DNA of 64,000 bases. It comes from a virus. Lineage: Duplodnaviria > Caudoviricetes. The stretch spans positions 160,001-224,000 of the IMG/VR virus record IMGVR_UViG_3300037467_003067; one strand, written 5' to 3'. Position 1 is the first letter of the stretch. The number at the start of each line of letters is the position of its first letter. Of the stretch, positions 1 through 10,582 are shown piece by piece. The translations under genes were made by a program, and so were the position numbers. The notes under the pieces are model-generated. The model saw only the letters and a list, made by a program, of their open reading frames with translations, had not been told where the DNA came from and did not search any database.

Positions 1-594
1 CCCGCCCAATACACCCTCATGCTGTTTCGGCATCGGCACCATCCCACTCACGCTCACGTCGTAACTCTCAAATGAATCGTAAGCCGTAAAGCCGAACACG
101 AAGGGATAGCCTTCAACCAAGCAAGACTTCAATTCGTACAGATTGGTATTGTCCAGCAACAAGGGATCGGAAATCCGACAATTTAGACCATCCGCGTAAA
201 CTCGGAGATTGGGCTTCACCTTGTATTTGACGATGTTGTACCACCAGACCGCCTCATTAGGCGACCCAAGGTTAGTCGCAACATTCATTGTATCAGTCAA
301 AGAGGCCCCGGAATCTTCCGAGACCAAATTTTCCAAGACCCTAGAATTGTAATAAACAAATAACCTAGATGGCGTAAAAACCTTGCGATTGGCTTTCTTT
401 TGGAGTACCTGGACTAATCCTCCAAGAGCATTTGCCGTACATGCCCCCAAATCACCTTGGTCATAAACCGCAGGACAGAAATTTCTAAGGTCAACGACCG
501 AAGGCAAAATAGATGCACTACGAATCGATGAATATCGTAAACAAAAAGGGTCTGGTTTTCCAGGATACCAACCATATTTTCGACTAATCTTCAT
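1..594 (-). CDS. Papain-like C1 family cysteine peptidase (3' end outside window; not in ORF track)
   Basis: Manual translation MKISRKYGWYPGKPD...VDLRNFCPAVYDQGDLGACTANA...SRLFVYYNSR...EGYPFVFGF...EGVLGG. Contains QG-x-LGAC catalytic Cys motif; AGGAGG RBS upstream. Confidence 0.88.
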   Translation of the reverse strand, partial: MKISRKYGWYPGKPDPFCLRYSSIRSASILPSVVDLRNFCPAVYDQGDLGACTANALGGLVQVLQKKANRKVFTPSRLFVYYNSRVLENLVSEDSGASLTDTMNVATNLGSPNEAVWWYNIVKYKVKPNLRVYADGLNCRISDPLLLDNTNLYELKSCLVEGYPFVFGFTAYDSFESYDVSVSGMVPMPKQHEGVLGG

Positions 595-605
595 TCAACC
601 TCCTT

Positions 606-1103
606 TTATCTAATCTTTGGTCCTCGCTTCATCGGAACCGGTTTCATCTTATCAATATGTCGATCTGGGAGATTCTTGACTTCATTCATTAACGTGCGAA
701 TCTCTTTAACAATCTCGCTCGCCTCCGTCCCTTTCGCCTGATGGCTGGACTGGATCGCTACCGTCTTGCGGTCCTTGTTGAAGAAGCCCTTGGACAGCAC
801 GAAACAATGCTTGCCCGAATGCCATGAGACCACACCGATCCACTCGCCATCATCCCAATTGCGAGTCGATATCAAAATCCTGAAAGGTCTCTGCTCGTAA
901 ACGTGTCTGATGTGAAAGCCAAGGTTCTTCATCGCTGCCGAGACGAAACCAAGGCATATCTTGGCGAAATTATCCAAGACCTCCTCTGTCGAGGTGCGAT
1001 AATTGACCTCAACGCTGTACCGCCCCGCTGACGACACCTCGTTGAGGTTCTTCATGCCCTCGGAAGCCTTGTTCTCTTCACGATATTCTGAAAAGTTTTT
1101 CAT
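606..1103 (-). CDS. Hypothetical phage protein with capsid-targeting-like N-terminus
   Basis: 165-aa ORF beginning MKNFSEYREE. Confidence 0.7.
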   Translation of the reverse strand: MKNFSEYREENKASEGMKNLNEVSSAGRYSVEVNYRTSTEEVLDNFAKICLGFVSAAMKNLGFHIRHVYEQRPFRILISTRNWDDGEWIGVVSWHSGKHCFVLSKGFFNKDRKTVAIQSSHQAKGTEASEIVKEIRTLMNEVKNLPDRHIDKMKPVPMKRGPKIR

Positions 1104-1135
1104 ACTTGCCTTTTCTCAATAACCATTAAATAGCA

Positions 1136-2029
1136 TCAGTATAGGGTGATGGGAAGCAAATCGCCGTACCTATAGATCAAATCTTCTTGCCATTGCTTCA
1201 ATTCGTCGTTGCCTTCCTGGAGCAGAACCGTCCCGTCAAGCTGCATGCCGCTGTTCGCCGGACCGTAACTTCCCTGGTATTTCGACCTGATTCTGCCCAA
1301 CATGATCTTGGCATAAGCCAATGCCCCCGCCCTCATCGCCTGGGTCGACTTGTTCCAGTCCTTGCACTTCTGAAGATAATGAACCACGACAGCCTGTCCG
1401 CTGAACGGAGTCGGATACAATTTGATCGTGCCTTGGTCGCCGAGCCACTCCCAGCCACCGGTCTGGGACGAGATGTTGGCGAACATCTGCTCGTACTGCT
1501 TGTACAATACCCACTCGCCCATGTGACCCCAGATCGGCTGGAGTGGGTCAATCATGCCACCGCCTCCGACCGAGCCGTAACCACCACCAGGATAGAAGTA
1601 TTCCAGGGGCAATGCTCCATCCAGGTCCCTGGCACTGAAGGCGATTTGAGGAGTCTCCTTATAGAAGACATTGCGGACAATGCCCACATCGGGTGGCATC
1701 TTGTAGACGCTACGACCAGGGGTGGCATTGAAGACGTAATATTGGAAGTATTCCCTCGGTGCGTAATCCTCGAAAACATCCAATGCCAAATCAACAGCGT
1801 GATCGAGTTGCTGCTGGTCTAGCTCGATACGAACCGTCGGAGCGCCCAACATGAAAAGAATGTGGTCCTTAATTTGCTCCCGCGTCCTCTCACGGTTACG
1901 GCGAGGACCGATGTTGGACGGACAAGGGAACCCGCCGTCGGCTCCCCCGTTACATGATGAAGTCGGGCAATTCGCCTGTCCCTGGCTCGGGCGTCCCATG
2001 ATAAACGTATTGTTCCCACAATTCGCCAT
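1136..2029 (-). CDS. Neck protein (T4 gp13-like)
   Basis: LGAPTVRIELDQQQLDHAVDLAL and LGRIRSKY...LDGTVLLQEGNDEL segments typical of gp13-like proteins; structural context. Confidence 0.75.
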   Translation of the reverse strand: MANCGNNTFIMGRPSQGQANCPTSSCNGGADGGFPCPSNIGPRRNRERTREQIKDHILFMLGAPTVRIELDQQQLDHAVDLALDVFEDYAPREYFQYYVFNATPGRSVYKMPPDVGIVRNVFYKETPQIAFSARDLDGALPLEYFYPGGGYGSVGGGGMIDPLQPIWGHMGEWVLYKQYEQMFANISSQTGGWEWLGDQGTIKLYPTPFSGQAVVVHYLQKCKDWNKSTQAMRAGALAYAKIMLGRIRSKYQGSYGPANSGMQLDGTVLLQEGNDELKQWQEDLIYRYGDLLPITLY

Positions 2030-2111
2030 AATTCCCCCCTTTAATTAACTGTCGCTACCTCATATATACCCTCTAGACTTGAAATAGCTATATCAGTTGG
2101 GATAGATCACA

Positions 2112-5100
2112 ATGATTAAGATTGAAGATTATATTATGGAACCGGACACCCTGGAAATCTACGGGGAATGTGCTGTGTATACTCCAACAGAGTTTCAGGA
2201 ATACATGAAATACCTTGAACTACTTGAGGAGATTTACTCAACTGCCGGGCGTCTATTGCCGGGCATCTACAACAAATTCGATGCTTTTTTCGGCTTGTCG
2301 GAAAATGACCAGCCCACGCAAGACGCACCTCAAGATGATCTGAATGCTGACTGGAATCCCCAAGGTACTATCAAGAAGTACCAGATGCAGCCGATCAGCC
2401 GCGAGAACATCCTCTTCAGCCGAAGGCTAATCAAGTCGCTCAACCAGGTTCCATTCGAAGCAATGCCCGGCTTGCTAGGAAGGACCCTGATGAGTAGCGA
2501 CCCGGTGGCACAGCGATATATCGGCGACGGGTTCCAGGGTGCCCTGAGGTATCGCAAGAAAACCGGCAATCAACTGAGCAATTATGCCGTGGAAATGCGA
2601 TTCCTCAAACGAGGAAAACCGAGACCAAATATTATCGACCCAAAAACGATGACGACGATCCCACTGCTTCAGGCAATCGTGGCTCCTAGTCGCGTAGAAG
2701 CGATTAAAAAATCAAATGGTGGCGATGTTGTCATGTATGACAGTAAAACCATTTCCAAAGTCATGCCGACACCTAACCCGCATCCGGGATACCTCTACGA
2801 CGGCAAGGACGACCAAGGCAATACCCTCTTCAATGGCAAGGGCGGCACTCGTCCCGAATTGCAAGGATACTCACAAGGTGTTTTCTTGCCCTATAGAGAC
2901 CTTGCCAGTCAAATTGAAACCCCGGTTGGAGCGCCACGTGGTTATTGGACCGACCCCGAGACAGGCAAAAAGTATCCTTTAAGGAAGCAAGGAACCGTAG
3001 GCACGAGCCTGGAACCACCCGAACCGAATGACCCGGATTCATATCTCGGCAAAGTTCCCGCTGCCCTCGGCTACAAGCCCATGGCTACCGTTGCTGGAAG
3101 CCGCAAACAACACGCTGATGCCGACGAGGAGCCATTGGAGCCGGGAGAAGGCGAACAAGGTCTTTACTACGACAGAAACAAAAGAACCGGAGGCGCTGGG
3201 ACATTTGATAAGGCATTCAGAAGAACCATCCAATATCACGGAGAAACTCCCGGATCTTTTAATCAAAGAACATTCCGATATCTGCTTCACAGGTTAAGAG
3301 GAGGCAGCACAACTACTGGTCTGGTGCCAGACAAGAATCCACGCCCACATATGACTCGCGCCCCCAACGCCGACGAGCAAGGCAACGCACGTAAACGAGC
3401 CAAGAGACAATTGGTCCCCGGCGAAACCTCACGATACAGGACGGAGCCAGCGCATGTGGTCCAGGCATCGCCCGAAAGGACCAGTGCCTTGACTTCGTTC
3501 CTGGCGAAAGACCCGGATTACTATCAGAAGCAAATTGATTACTACAATTCCATCGGACGACAGGACATTGCACAGAAATTCCAGGCTGAATTGCAGAATT
3601 CCCAACAGGTCCCCATGGCAGTCGGTCGGATGCGACAGAACTTCGCTAATCCAGGATCTCAGCCTATCGGGGCTCAGTATGGCGATTTCGGCAAAGGACT
3701 GGAAAAAGTAGGAACCGGAGAATTCTACACCAGTGGTCGCAACAAGGGCAAGGAAATCCTTAAGGCAAAGCGAGAAAAAGGGATCGACAGCAAGGGCAAA
3801 GAGACTAGCTCCCAAGTAAAGCGAACCCACGAGATTCCTATGATCAGGAAGGTAATTTCCAACCTGTTCACTTTGGTTCCTGTTGCCGATGAACAAAACC
3901 CGATCACCATCTCGGCAGCATTGGCTCAAGAAATAAACGCCATCCAAGAAAAGTCCAAAGGAAAAGGAATCAAAAATGTGAAGCTTACCCAAGGTGACAA
4001 TAGCCCTTCCGATCAGGCTATTCGAGCCAATTACGGCAAGCAAAACAAGGATGAGGGGGGAGTAGTCCTCTACCTCGTCGGACAAGCTGCCAGTGGAGAA
4101 GGCGAAAATGCGAGGTATTTTGTTCATCCTAACGACAAGACCTACCGCAAGAAGCGATGTTATTTCGCCAAGCTCGACGAGAATGGTGAGGTCTTGTTCG
4201 CCTATACTAAGACCAAAAAAGATATAGAAGAAAAAGACCAGCCCATCCTTTCACCAGGCGTACTCAACCAACACATGGGCGGCGCGATTGCTGCTGCCTA
4301 TGGTGGCATCAATGCGGCTCCAGCGGGCGAAGAAACTAAAATGCCGCACCAGGACTATGACAAGCATATGACCGCTTTGTATGGTCCACCCGATGAAAAC
4401 GGCAACTACAATACGAACCAACCATTGAACACCAAAACCCCCACCGGCTTGAGTGTTTCTATCTACAACAACCTCGTCAGTGGTGTAGACCATTATCTGG
4501 AAAGCAAGATCGATAAAAAACTCACGCCAGACCTCTATCGTCGGATGAAAGGACGAAGGGATGATATCATACAAGCTGCGTACAAGTTAGCATTGTTGAA
4601 CCTGAATAACGGGCAAATGCTGGACACCAGGGCTGGAGACAAGTCGAACTTCAACCTGAGATATATGCAGCATCAATTCCCCCACCTTTACGCAACCATC
4701 AGGCAACTCGACAATGCCGTAAAGAAGGGGATGGTCCCAGCCAAGATTCTCCCGTCCATGATGACGCTCAAGGAATTCGGACGGTTCATGAAGAATCCCG
4801 ATGTTCAGGAATTCCTCAATGCCAGAGATGAAAATGGCAAGGGCAATATCAATGTTAAAATCAAAACCAGAAACATCATAAGACGAGATGGCAAGGAACG
4901 AGCTTACAGGAAAGCCTGGTCGCCCGAAGATATGCAGTACCAGACCGATGCTTCCGGTCATGTGCTTTCGCCCGATGAAATGCACGATCCGGATGTGATC
5001 CACAGGGGATATACGAAAAGCGCTGTTGGCTCGAAGCAGCTTGAAGACATGGTCAATAACGCCCGACGAATGTATATTCGATGGATGGGCAAGGACATGG

Positions 5101-6041
5101 TCCGCAAGGTCATGCAGTCCGAAGAGTTGGCTAAAAAGTCGAACAAACTCAATAGAGGTGGAGCCTATGCCGATGGTGTCGACCTCGGGATGGAAGCGGC
5201 AACCAAAGACCACAGATTGGCTGTTGCCGCTGCCGCTGCAAAGGAATCCGGAGTGGGATACAGTCGCTACCGTGGGAAAATGGCGCAACTCATCGAGCAA
5301 AAAAGAATCGCCGCTGCTATGATCAAGAGGGAGTATGATAAGGCTAAGGCAGAAAGCGAGATGAAGCCCAATAGCCAAGCTCTAGCAGCACTCGCCATTC
5401 GTATGGGTATGAAATTAGACGCCGCTCTGATCGATTTCCAAGCGTACATCGACCTCAAGAAAGATGCCTTGGAAAACGTAAAAGTTGATCCGGAAACGGG
5501 GGAACCTTTGACCTTGGACAATCCCGATGCCTTGAACATGTACATTCTAAGGCACATGCCGTCCGAGGTCGCCGAAGTAGAACACCAGGTCGATATGGGA
5601 ATGCAATTGGATGCTGCGAAGAAGATCAAAAAGGTCCGTCCGCTCAGCCCCGACCAAATTAAAGAGGAAATCAAAAACCGTGTGGTGTCGAGCGGCGGAA
5701 ATCTTAAAGACCCCGAAGGCGAAGCCCTTGGGTATAATTTGATCGAGGGAGAACCCAGAGAAAGACAAGACGCCTACAGTGCCTTGGTCGCCCTTTCACG
5801 AGGACAAAAATACGACGACCATGGAGACCTTGTCGATATCGACAAGGATGAAGCATATGCCCTTGAAAGCGTTGCCGAATACCACGCTCTCGATACCCTG
5901 CAAACGGGAGAATATAATGACAAAACAATTGATCAAATTGTCAAACTTATCAATGCTTTGGACAGCCAAGGAATTATGCCCCATTTCGTACACGCAGCCA
6001 GAATGATCATAAGCGATCATAATCATGGAGGTGGCAAATGA
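2112..6041 (+). CDS. Large hypothetical protein (1309 aa), possibly a virion internal protein
   Basis: Long ORF in structural module; no recognisable motif. Confidence 0.7.
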   Translation: MIKIEDYIMEPDTLEIYGECAVYTPTEFQEYMKYLELLEEIYSTAGRLLPGIYNKFDAFFGLSENDQPTQDAPQDDLNADWNPQGTIKKYQMQPISRENILFSRRLIKSLNQVPFEAMPGLLGRTLMSSDPVAQRYIGDGFQGALRYRKKTGNQLSNYAVEMRFLKRGKPRPNIIDPKTMTTIPLLQAIVAPSRVEAIKKSNGGDVVMYDSKTISKVMPTPNPHPGYLYDGKDDQGNTLFNGKGGTRPELQGYSQGVFLPYRDLASQIETPVGAPRGYWTDPETGKKYPLRKQGTVGTSLEPPEPNDPDSYLGKVPAALGYKPMATVAGSRKQHADADEEPLEPGEGEQGLYYDRNKRTGGAGTFDKAFRRTIQYHGETPGSFNQRTFRYLLHRLRGGSTTTGLVPDKNPRPHMTRAPNADEQGNARKRAKRQLVPGETSRYRTEPAHVVQASPERTSALTSFLAKDPDYYQKQIDYYNSIGRQDIAQKFQAELQNSQQVPMAVGRMRQNFANPGSQPIGAQYGDFGKGLEKVGTGEFYTSGRNKGKEILKAKREKGIDSKGKETSSQVKRTHEIPMIRKVISNLFTLVPVADEQNPITISAALAQEINAIQEKSKGKGIKNVKLTQGDNSPSDQAIRANYGKQNKDEGGVVLYLVGQAASGEGENARYFVHPNDKTYRKKRCYFAKLDENGEVLFAYTKTKKDIEEKDQPILSPGVLNQHMGGAIAAAYGGINAAPAGEETKMPHQDYDKHMTALYGPPDENGNYNTNQPLNTKTPTGLSVSIYNNLVSGVDHYLESKIDKKLTPDLYRRMKGRRDDIIQAAYKLALLNLNNGQMLDTRAGDKSNFNLRYMQHQFPHLYATIRQLDNAVKKGMVPAKILPSMMTLKEFGRFMKNPDVQEFLNARDENGKGNINVKIKTRNIIRRDGKERAYRKAWSPEDMQYQTDASGHVLSPDEMHDPDVIHRGYTKSAVGSKQLEDMVNNARRMYIRWMGKDMVRKVMQSEELAKKSNKLNRGGAYADGVDLGMEAATKDHRLAVAAAAAKESGVGYSRYRGKMAQLIEQKRIAAAMIKREYDKAKAESEMKPNSQALAALAIRMGMKLDAALIDFQAYIDLKKDALENVKVDPETGEPLTLDNPDALNMYILRHMPSEVAEVEHQVDMGMQLDAAKKIKKVRPLSPDQIKEEIKNRVVSSGGNLKDPEGEALGYNLIEGEPRERQDAYSALVALSRGQKYDDHGDLVDIDKDEAYALESVAEYHALDTLQTGEYNDKTIDQIVKLINALDSQGIMPHFVHAARMIISDHNHGGGK

Positions 6042-6190
6042 AAACATTCAGGCAATGGCTAAGTGAGATGGTCGGAACTGGTGCTATCTGGGACGGGACC
6101 AAGAGTCCCGATTTCCAGTGGTGGGGAGACCCGAGTTCCGCCATCAACCCCAAACCAAAGAAGAAAAAAAGAAAAGGCAAAAGTAAATGA
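6038..6190 (+). CDS. Small basic protein (50 aa, not in ORF track)
   Basis: MKTFRQWLSEMVGTGAIWDG...KPKKKKRKGKSK; GGAGG RBS; ATGA overlaps with both neighbours. Confidence 0.75.
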   Translation: MKTFRQWLSEMVGTGAIWDGTKSPDFQWWGDPSSAINPKPKKKKRKGKSK

Positions 6191-6450
6191 ATCTCATGGA
6201 TAAAATGGTAAACCCCCGTGGGGCTGCCGCTAAAAAATGGCTCTCTGAACTCCTCAAAGACCGCTATCCAAATCATGACCAAATTGTCGAACGAATCAGC
6301 AACGTCATCGTAACCGACCAAGATATGCAGAACTTCGGCAAACTAGCCGTGGATCTCTACGAGGTCGGTTATATCAAATGCATGAATGATTACAAACGCA
6401 AACTCGATGAATTGGGCATCAAGGTCTCGATCGTCCCCGAGAAAAAATGA
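6187..6450 (+). CDS. Hypothetical protein
   Basis: 87-aa ORF translationally coupled to upstream gene. Confidence 0.7.
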   Translation: MNLMDKMVNPRGAAAKKWLSELLKDRYPNHDQIVERISNVIVTDQDMQNFGKLAVDLYEVGYIKCMNDYKRKLDELGIKVSIVPEKK

Positions 6451-6452
6451 CC

Positions 6453-7070
6453 TTAGAAACTAGGTTGTTCGTTGGAGGGAATGCACAATACCTTGAGACC
6501 GATGCCGGACGTTTCCGTGGCGTCGACCCGCCACCAGCGGGCATGTCCCGTCTGAGGATAGATGATCGAGCCGGGAGTGATCTTCTTGTTGGTCGTCCAC
6601 AACGCCAACACCAAATCAGTTCGATCCACTATGTTGGCGTCGAATTCAATTTTATTGCCGTAGCTGATAGTCCTGTGTTCCTCATCGTACAATTCGTCTC
6701 GATAGACCTTGATGGTTCCAGGCAGGCAATGAATCCTCGCCATTCTCTTGGTCGCCGGAACAGGGGCAGGAGTAGGCTCCGGGGGGTTCTCAGGGACCAG
6801 GACAGGTTCAGGGAGAGGGAGGACCGACTTGGGTTCCGAAATCACCATGGGTTGCTCGACAACGACCTTGGGAGCGGGCGTCGGCTCCGGGGGAGAAGGT
6901 AGAGGTGCAACTTGGTTTTTTGGGTCAGGAATAACGATATCTTTCCAGGAGAAATTATGGAAGACGATTTTGTTGATGTCCCATCGAACCTGGTCCTTCA
7001 TCAACGGATTTGGACCTCTTAACCTGTAGACCGTGCCGTCTTTATTCATAATAGGCATGAAAGACACCAA
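6453..7070 (-). CDS. Hypothetical protein with Pro-rich linker
   Basis: 205-aa ORF with PEPTPAP repeats; start may be the second Met. Confidence 0.65.
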   Translation of the reverse strand: MVSFMPIMNKDGTVYRLRGPNPLMKDQVRWDINKIVFHNFSWKDIVIPDPKNQVAPLPSPPEPTPAPKVVVEQPMVISEPKSVLPLPEPVLVPENPPEPTPAPVPATKRMARIHCLPGTIKVYRDELYDEEHRTISYGNKIEFDANIVDRTDLVLALWTTNKKITPGSIIYPQTGHARWWRVDATETSGIGLKVLCIPSNEQPSF

Positions 7071-7198
7071 GACAAAAAACTATTTCAAGCATATATATTA
7101 CATCTAACAATGATACTTTGTCCAGGGCAAGAACTTAAAACTCTGCGCATTTCTCGACTAATATAAATTGTACCCCCATTAATGGAGCAATATAAAAT

Positions 7199-7630
7199 AT
7201 GGCACTCACAGTTCCTCTCGTAAGCGGCGAGTTCTTGATGTTGCAGTACATCTTGGGCATGAAGTCGATCAACACCTCGATGACCGCTTCTTCTACCCAA
7301 GGTCCCGTCCTGCACCTCTACTCGAATGATGTCACAATTGACAACAGCACCGTGATCGCATCGCTGACCCAATGTACGTCTTCGGGCTATGCCCCAATCA
7401 CTTTGGTCTCAACCAACTGGACCACAACCCAGACCAACCCCGCTGGCATCACCACAGGTATCTATAGCCAGCAAACCTTCACATTTAACACCAACGCAAT
7501 CGCTTATGGATATTACGTGACCGATACCTTGAATAACCTGCTCTTTCTTGAAAGGTTCTCGGGCGCTCCATTCTCTCTGCCCGACGGCGGGGGCACGGTG
7601 GCAATCTCGCCCAAGATTACTTTAGCTTAA
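7199..7630 (+). CDS. Putative virion structural protein
   Basis: Thr-rich beta-type ORF (LHLYSND...AYGYYV...ERFSGAPF) in morphogenesis module. Confidence 0.6.
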   Translation: MALTVPLVSGEFLMLQYILGMKSINTSMTASSTQGPVLHLYSNDVTIDNSTVIASLTQCTSSGYAPITLVSTNWTTTQTNPAGITTGIYSQQTFTFNTNAIAYGYYVTDTLNNLLFLERFSGAPFSLPDGGGTVAISPKITLA

Positions 7631-7656
7631 ATTTAATCACCATAAAACATAAGGAA

Positions 7657-8898
7657 TCATTGTGATTCCTTATGTTTTATTTTATATCTCAAACATTTGA
7701 TGGGTTTCAGGAATGGCGAGACGCCATCGATAAAGTCTTGGTAACTTTGAGTTGGGATACGGATGCACCAATTGTCGTTTTTTCTACGATTTAGGGAAGA
7801 TTTTATCGAGAAATTCTCTAACATTTCTTGTAATTTTTCATTATCATCTTTTGTAAAGCTTTGAGAAAATAAATAAATTGCTTTATTTTGACGAGAATTA
7901 CAACCGTCATCGGCATACCAATAAGCGATAGTTTGCCAAGTTAGAGTCAAATCATCGGGGATGATTTTCTGAGAATTGATCTCATTAGGGAACAGATACC
8001 ATTTTTCTCTTAGCTCGGTGAAAAGAGGATGTGTAGATGTTCTAAACATCCAGCTAGGAAATTCCTTTCCATTCATCACTTTAGTGGTTCTTCTCATTCC
8101 GGTGGAAAACGGAGATAGGATTTCATAAGCCAATTCTACATACTCTTTATTTATTTCTTTTTGTCCAAAAGAAAAGCGGTTATTTCTGACATTATCTGAA
8201 TCTTTATTTTTGCAAGGAATTGAACCATCTCCTAGCATAAATCCATTTAGAACTTCTTTTTGGTCTTGAGTTAAAGATGCTGGTAGATGTCCATACAAAG
8301 CGAAATCAGTAGGGCATTTTCTTTCATAATCTATTTCAAATCTTTCGATTGCGTTTAAGACAGCGGTTTTAGAAACGCCGAGTTGATCCGCTATCTCTTG
8401 TTGATTGAAATTAGTTGCCAAGGACGATATCAACTCAGGGGACTGAATCGTATATTGATACTTTGGTATTGGTTGGATTTCAATATTCCAATCCTTGATC
8501 AATCTTTCTATTCTTGCCTTAGAGACATTGTATTGTAAAGCAATTTCCTGAATTGAAAAATCATTCCTTAGCTTTTCAAGGGTTTCCCTGTCGATAAAAG
8601 AATGCTTGCACTCATATTCTGTGAGGTCATAAGAGACCATCAATTTCTGAATTGTTTTTAAGGCAAAACCAAAATGAGACGCACATTCTGTGTAGGTGTG
8701 GTCAAACAAGAACGATTTTAATTCTTCCCGACTTGGTTTTTCTTTTGTAGAATTTCCATAGTATTCTCGTTTGGTTAATCCATATTTTTGAATTAGTTTT
8801 TCGACCCAATTTGCCGATTTTCCGTAGTGCTGAGCGATTTGCTTGATTGTGTGCTTAGATCGAAGTTCGGCAAGTTCTTCTTTTGTAGGTGTATTCAT
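7657..8898 (-). mobile_element. Free-standing LAGLIDADG homing endonuclease with N-terminal tandem HTH repeats
   Basis: LNGFMLGDGSI and IAYWYADDG motifs; about 4 HTH-like repeats; AT-rich and antisense to neighbours. Confidence 0.88.
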
Positions 8899-8952
8899 AG
8901 TGATGGTTATTTTACCACTTAAAAATTACCAAGTCAATCCTATCTTTTGAAT

Positions 8953-8960
8953 TATAAATA
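8953..8960 (+). promoter_or_regulatory. T4-type late promoter TATAAATA
   Basis: Exact consensus 5 nt upstream of the gp14-like ATG; a gp55-like sigma is in the window; variant TATAAGTA at 11421. Confidence 0.55.
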
Positions 8961-8965
8961 CTTCC

Positions 8966-9499
8966 ATGATAACCAACCCAGATGGAACGCCATATCAAGT
9001 CACCGGAAGTCTGCAAGTCTTTAGTCCTAATCAAGAGGAAAAAGAGTTGCTCAACGAATTCGATGCCGAGATCATCAAGATCAACGGTACTCCGATTCTG
9101 TACTACGAATATCTTGCCGATGCCAATACCATCGACCCGCTCTATTGGGAAGCCAGGGGAGCCATCTTCTCTCAGGTCCCCGTAGTCCTCTACGCGGCTT
9201 ACGACCCGATTACTTCGCAGAATTACCAGAACATGTTCGGTATCGACGCACCGGACAACATCACCTTCGAGTTGAACTACCAGGCGACGGTCGAGGCGAT
9301 TGGTCACATGCCGCAGGTGGGATCGCGGTTGTTCACCCCGCACCGGGGCGAGAATTGGGAGATTATCCAGAGGAGTGCTGGCGACTGGAAGTTGTGGGGG
9401 CAGATCCGCATGATCCTGGAGTGTGTTCGATTCCAGGAGAGCAAGACCAGGGGCGAGGGGAAGATCACGCAAACGCCCAATCCCTACAAGGTGAATTAA
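8966..9499 (+). CDS. Neck/head-closure protein (T4 gp14-like)
   Basis: EIIKINGTPILYY...DPLYWE...FGIDAPD...PQVGSRLFTP pattern. Confidence 0.65.
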   Translation: MITNPDGTPYQVTGSLQVFSPNQEEKELLNEFDAEIIKINGTPILYYEYLADANTIDPLYWEARGAIFSQVPVVLYAAYDPITSQNYQNMFGIDAPDNITFELNYQATVEAIGHMPQVGSRLFTPHRGENWEIIQRSAGDWKLWGQIRMILECVRFQESKTRGEGKITQTPNPYKVN

Positions 9500-9672
9500 C
9501 TCCGGTAGACGAATTCGATGGGGTTGCCTTGCGGCTCGACCTTAGTGATGAGCTTCAGGGGGACGTGAGGCTTGGGGAATTTGGTCACGATGAGGACCGG
9601 GGGTTTCTGTCCGGTCCAGAACTGCATGTAGCCGCCTGGATTGGCGTTCTTGTTGAGCTTGAATGGTTTCAT
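9496..9672 (-). CDS. Small hypothetical protein
   Basis: MKPFKLNKN... ORF coupled to upstream gene. Confidence 0.5.
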   Translation of the reverse strand: MKPFKLNKNANPGGYMQFWTGQKPPVLIVTKFPKPHVPLKLITKVEPQGNPIEFVYRS

Positions 9673-10577
9673 AGTAATTGACCGTGCTTTCTGAAGACCC
9701 AATCGGCGAATGGGAATTTCTTGTTCCGGTAATAAGGATGCATCAACTGGAGGTCTTGATCTTTTTGGTGATTGTTGGAAGCCCCGATTTCCTTATCCAT
9801 GCTCCCGTGGAATCGGTCTCGGGCGAGTTGCTTGATCCGTTGGATGGGATCTTGGGGAGGCTCGGGTTGTTGTCGCTGTACTTGTGCGGGTTGCTGTGGT
9901 TGTTGCTGAGCCTGATGTTGCGGCTGAGGCGATATAGTTGGTCGCTGTCCTGCCATCCGATCTAATTCTGCCAGGGTGAGGTCGTAGGATTTCTTGTTTG
10001 AATAGACGTATATGTAAAGTTCAAGTTGTTCGGCTTCCTCTTCGTCCTGAATATGGTTAGCGATTTCGCTCATGCCCTGGCTAATGGCATAGATGTCATT
10101 TTGGTTAAGGGTCCAAGTTTCTATGTTATGGTCATCGACTCGCTTCCAGCCCCAATGCTCCATAGCGTATTCTCTAGGATCACCTTGACCGTTGGCGATT
10201 TGGAATTCCTCGTCGCTGATTTTTGCCCTGGAGAGTGCTTCGTGCAGGAACGAGTCATAGTCTTCATCTTCCCAAGCAAAATCCAGTTCTTCCACTTCTT
10301 TCTGATTACCTTGCTCTTCGGCTTCTTGGCGTTTTTCTTCGTAGATTCCTTCGGCGGCTGATTTCTTGACCTCATCCCAATCAACATAATCATCGACCTG
10401 AACATCTAATCTATCGGCGATCATCCTCTGCATATGATCAATCACATAACCTTCGTGGTTCATGTCGCCAATGTCTCCATCGGCATACAAGGTGCCGCCA
10501 TCTTCTGTGATCCAGTATTCGCCGTTGATTTCCGGAGCATCGTCCCAATTCTCAAGCCAAGCCACGAATGTTTTCAT
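9669..10577 (-). CDS. Acidic hypothetical protein with capsid-targeting-like N-terminus
   Basis: Starts MKTFVAWLEN; Gln/Pro-rich linker. Confidence 0.7.
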   Translation of the reverse strand: MKTFVAWLENWDDAPEINGEYWITEDGGTLYADGDIGDMNHEGYVIDHMQRMIADRLDVQVDDYVDWDEVKKSAAEGIYEEKRQEAEEQGNQKEVEELDFAWEDEDYDSFLHEALSRAKISDEEFQIANGQGDPREYAMEHWGWKRVDDHNIETWTLNQNDIYAISQGMSEIANHIQDEEEAEQLELYIYVYSNKKSYDLTLAELDRMAGQRPTISPQPQHQAQQQPQQPAQVQRQQPEPPQDPIQRIKQLARDRFHGSMDKEIGASNNHQKDQDLQLMHPYYRNKKFPFADWVFRKHGQLL

Positions 10578-10582
10578 AGAAT

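Noticed and set aside
7657-8898. Intron or intein host for the LAGLIDADG ORF
   Set aside because: Flanking genes appear complete and the ORF is antisense and free-standing
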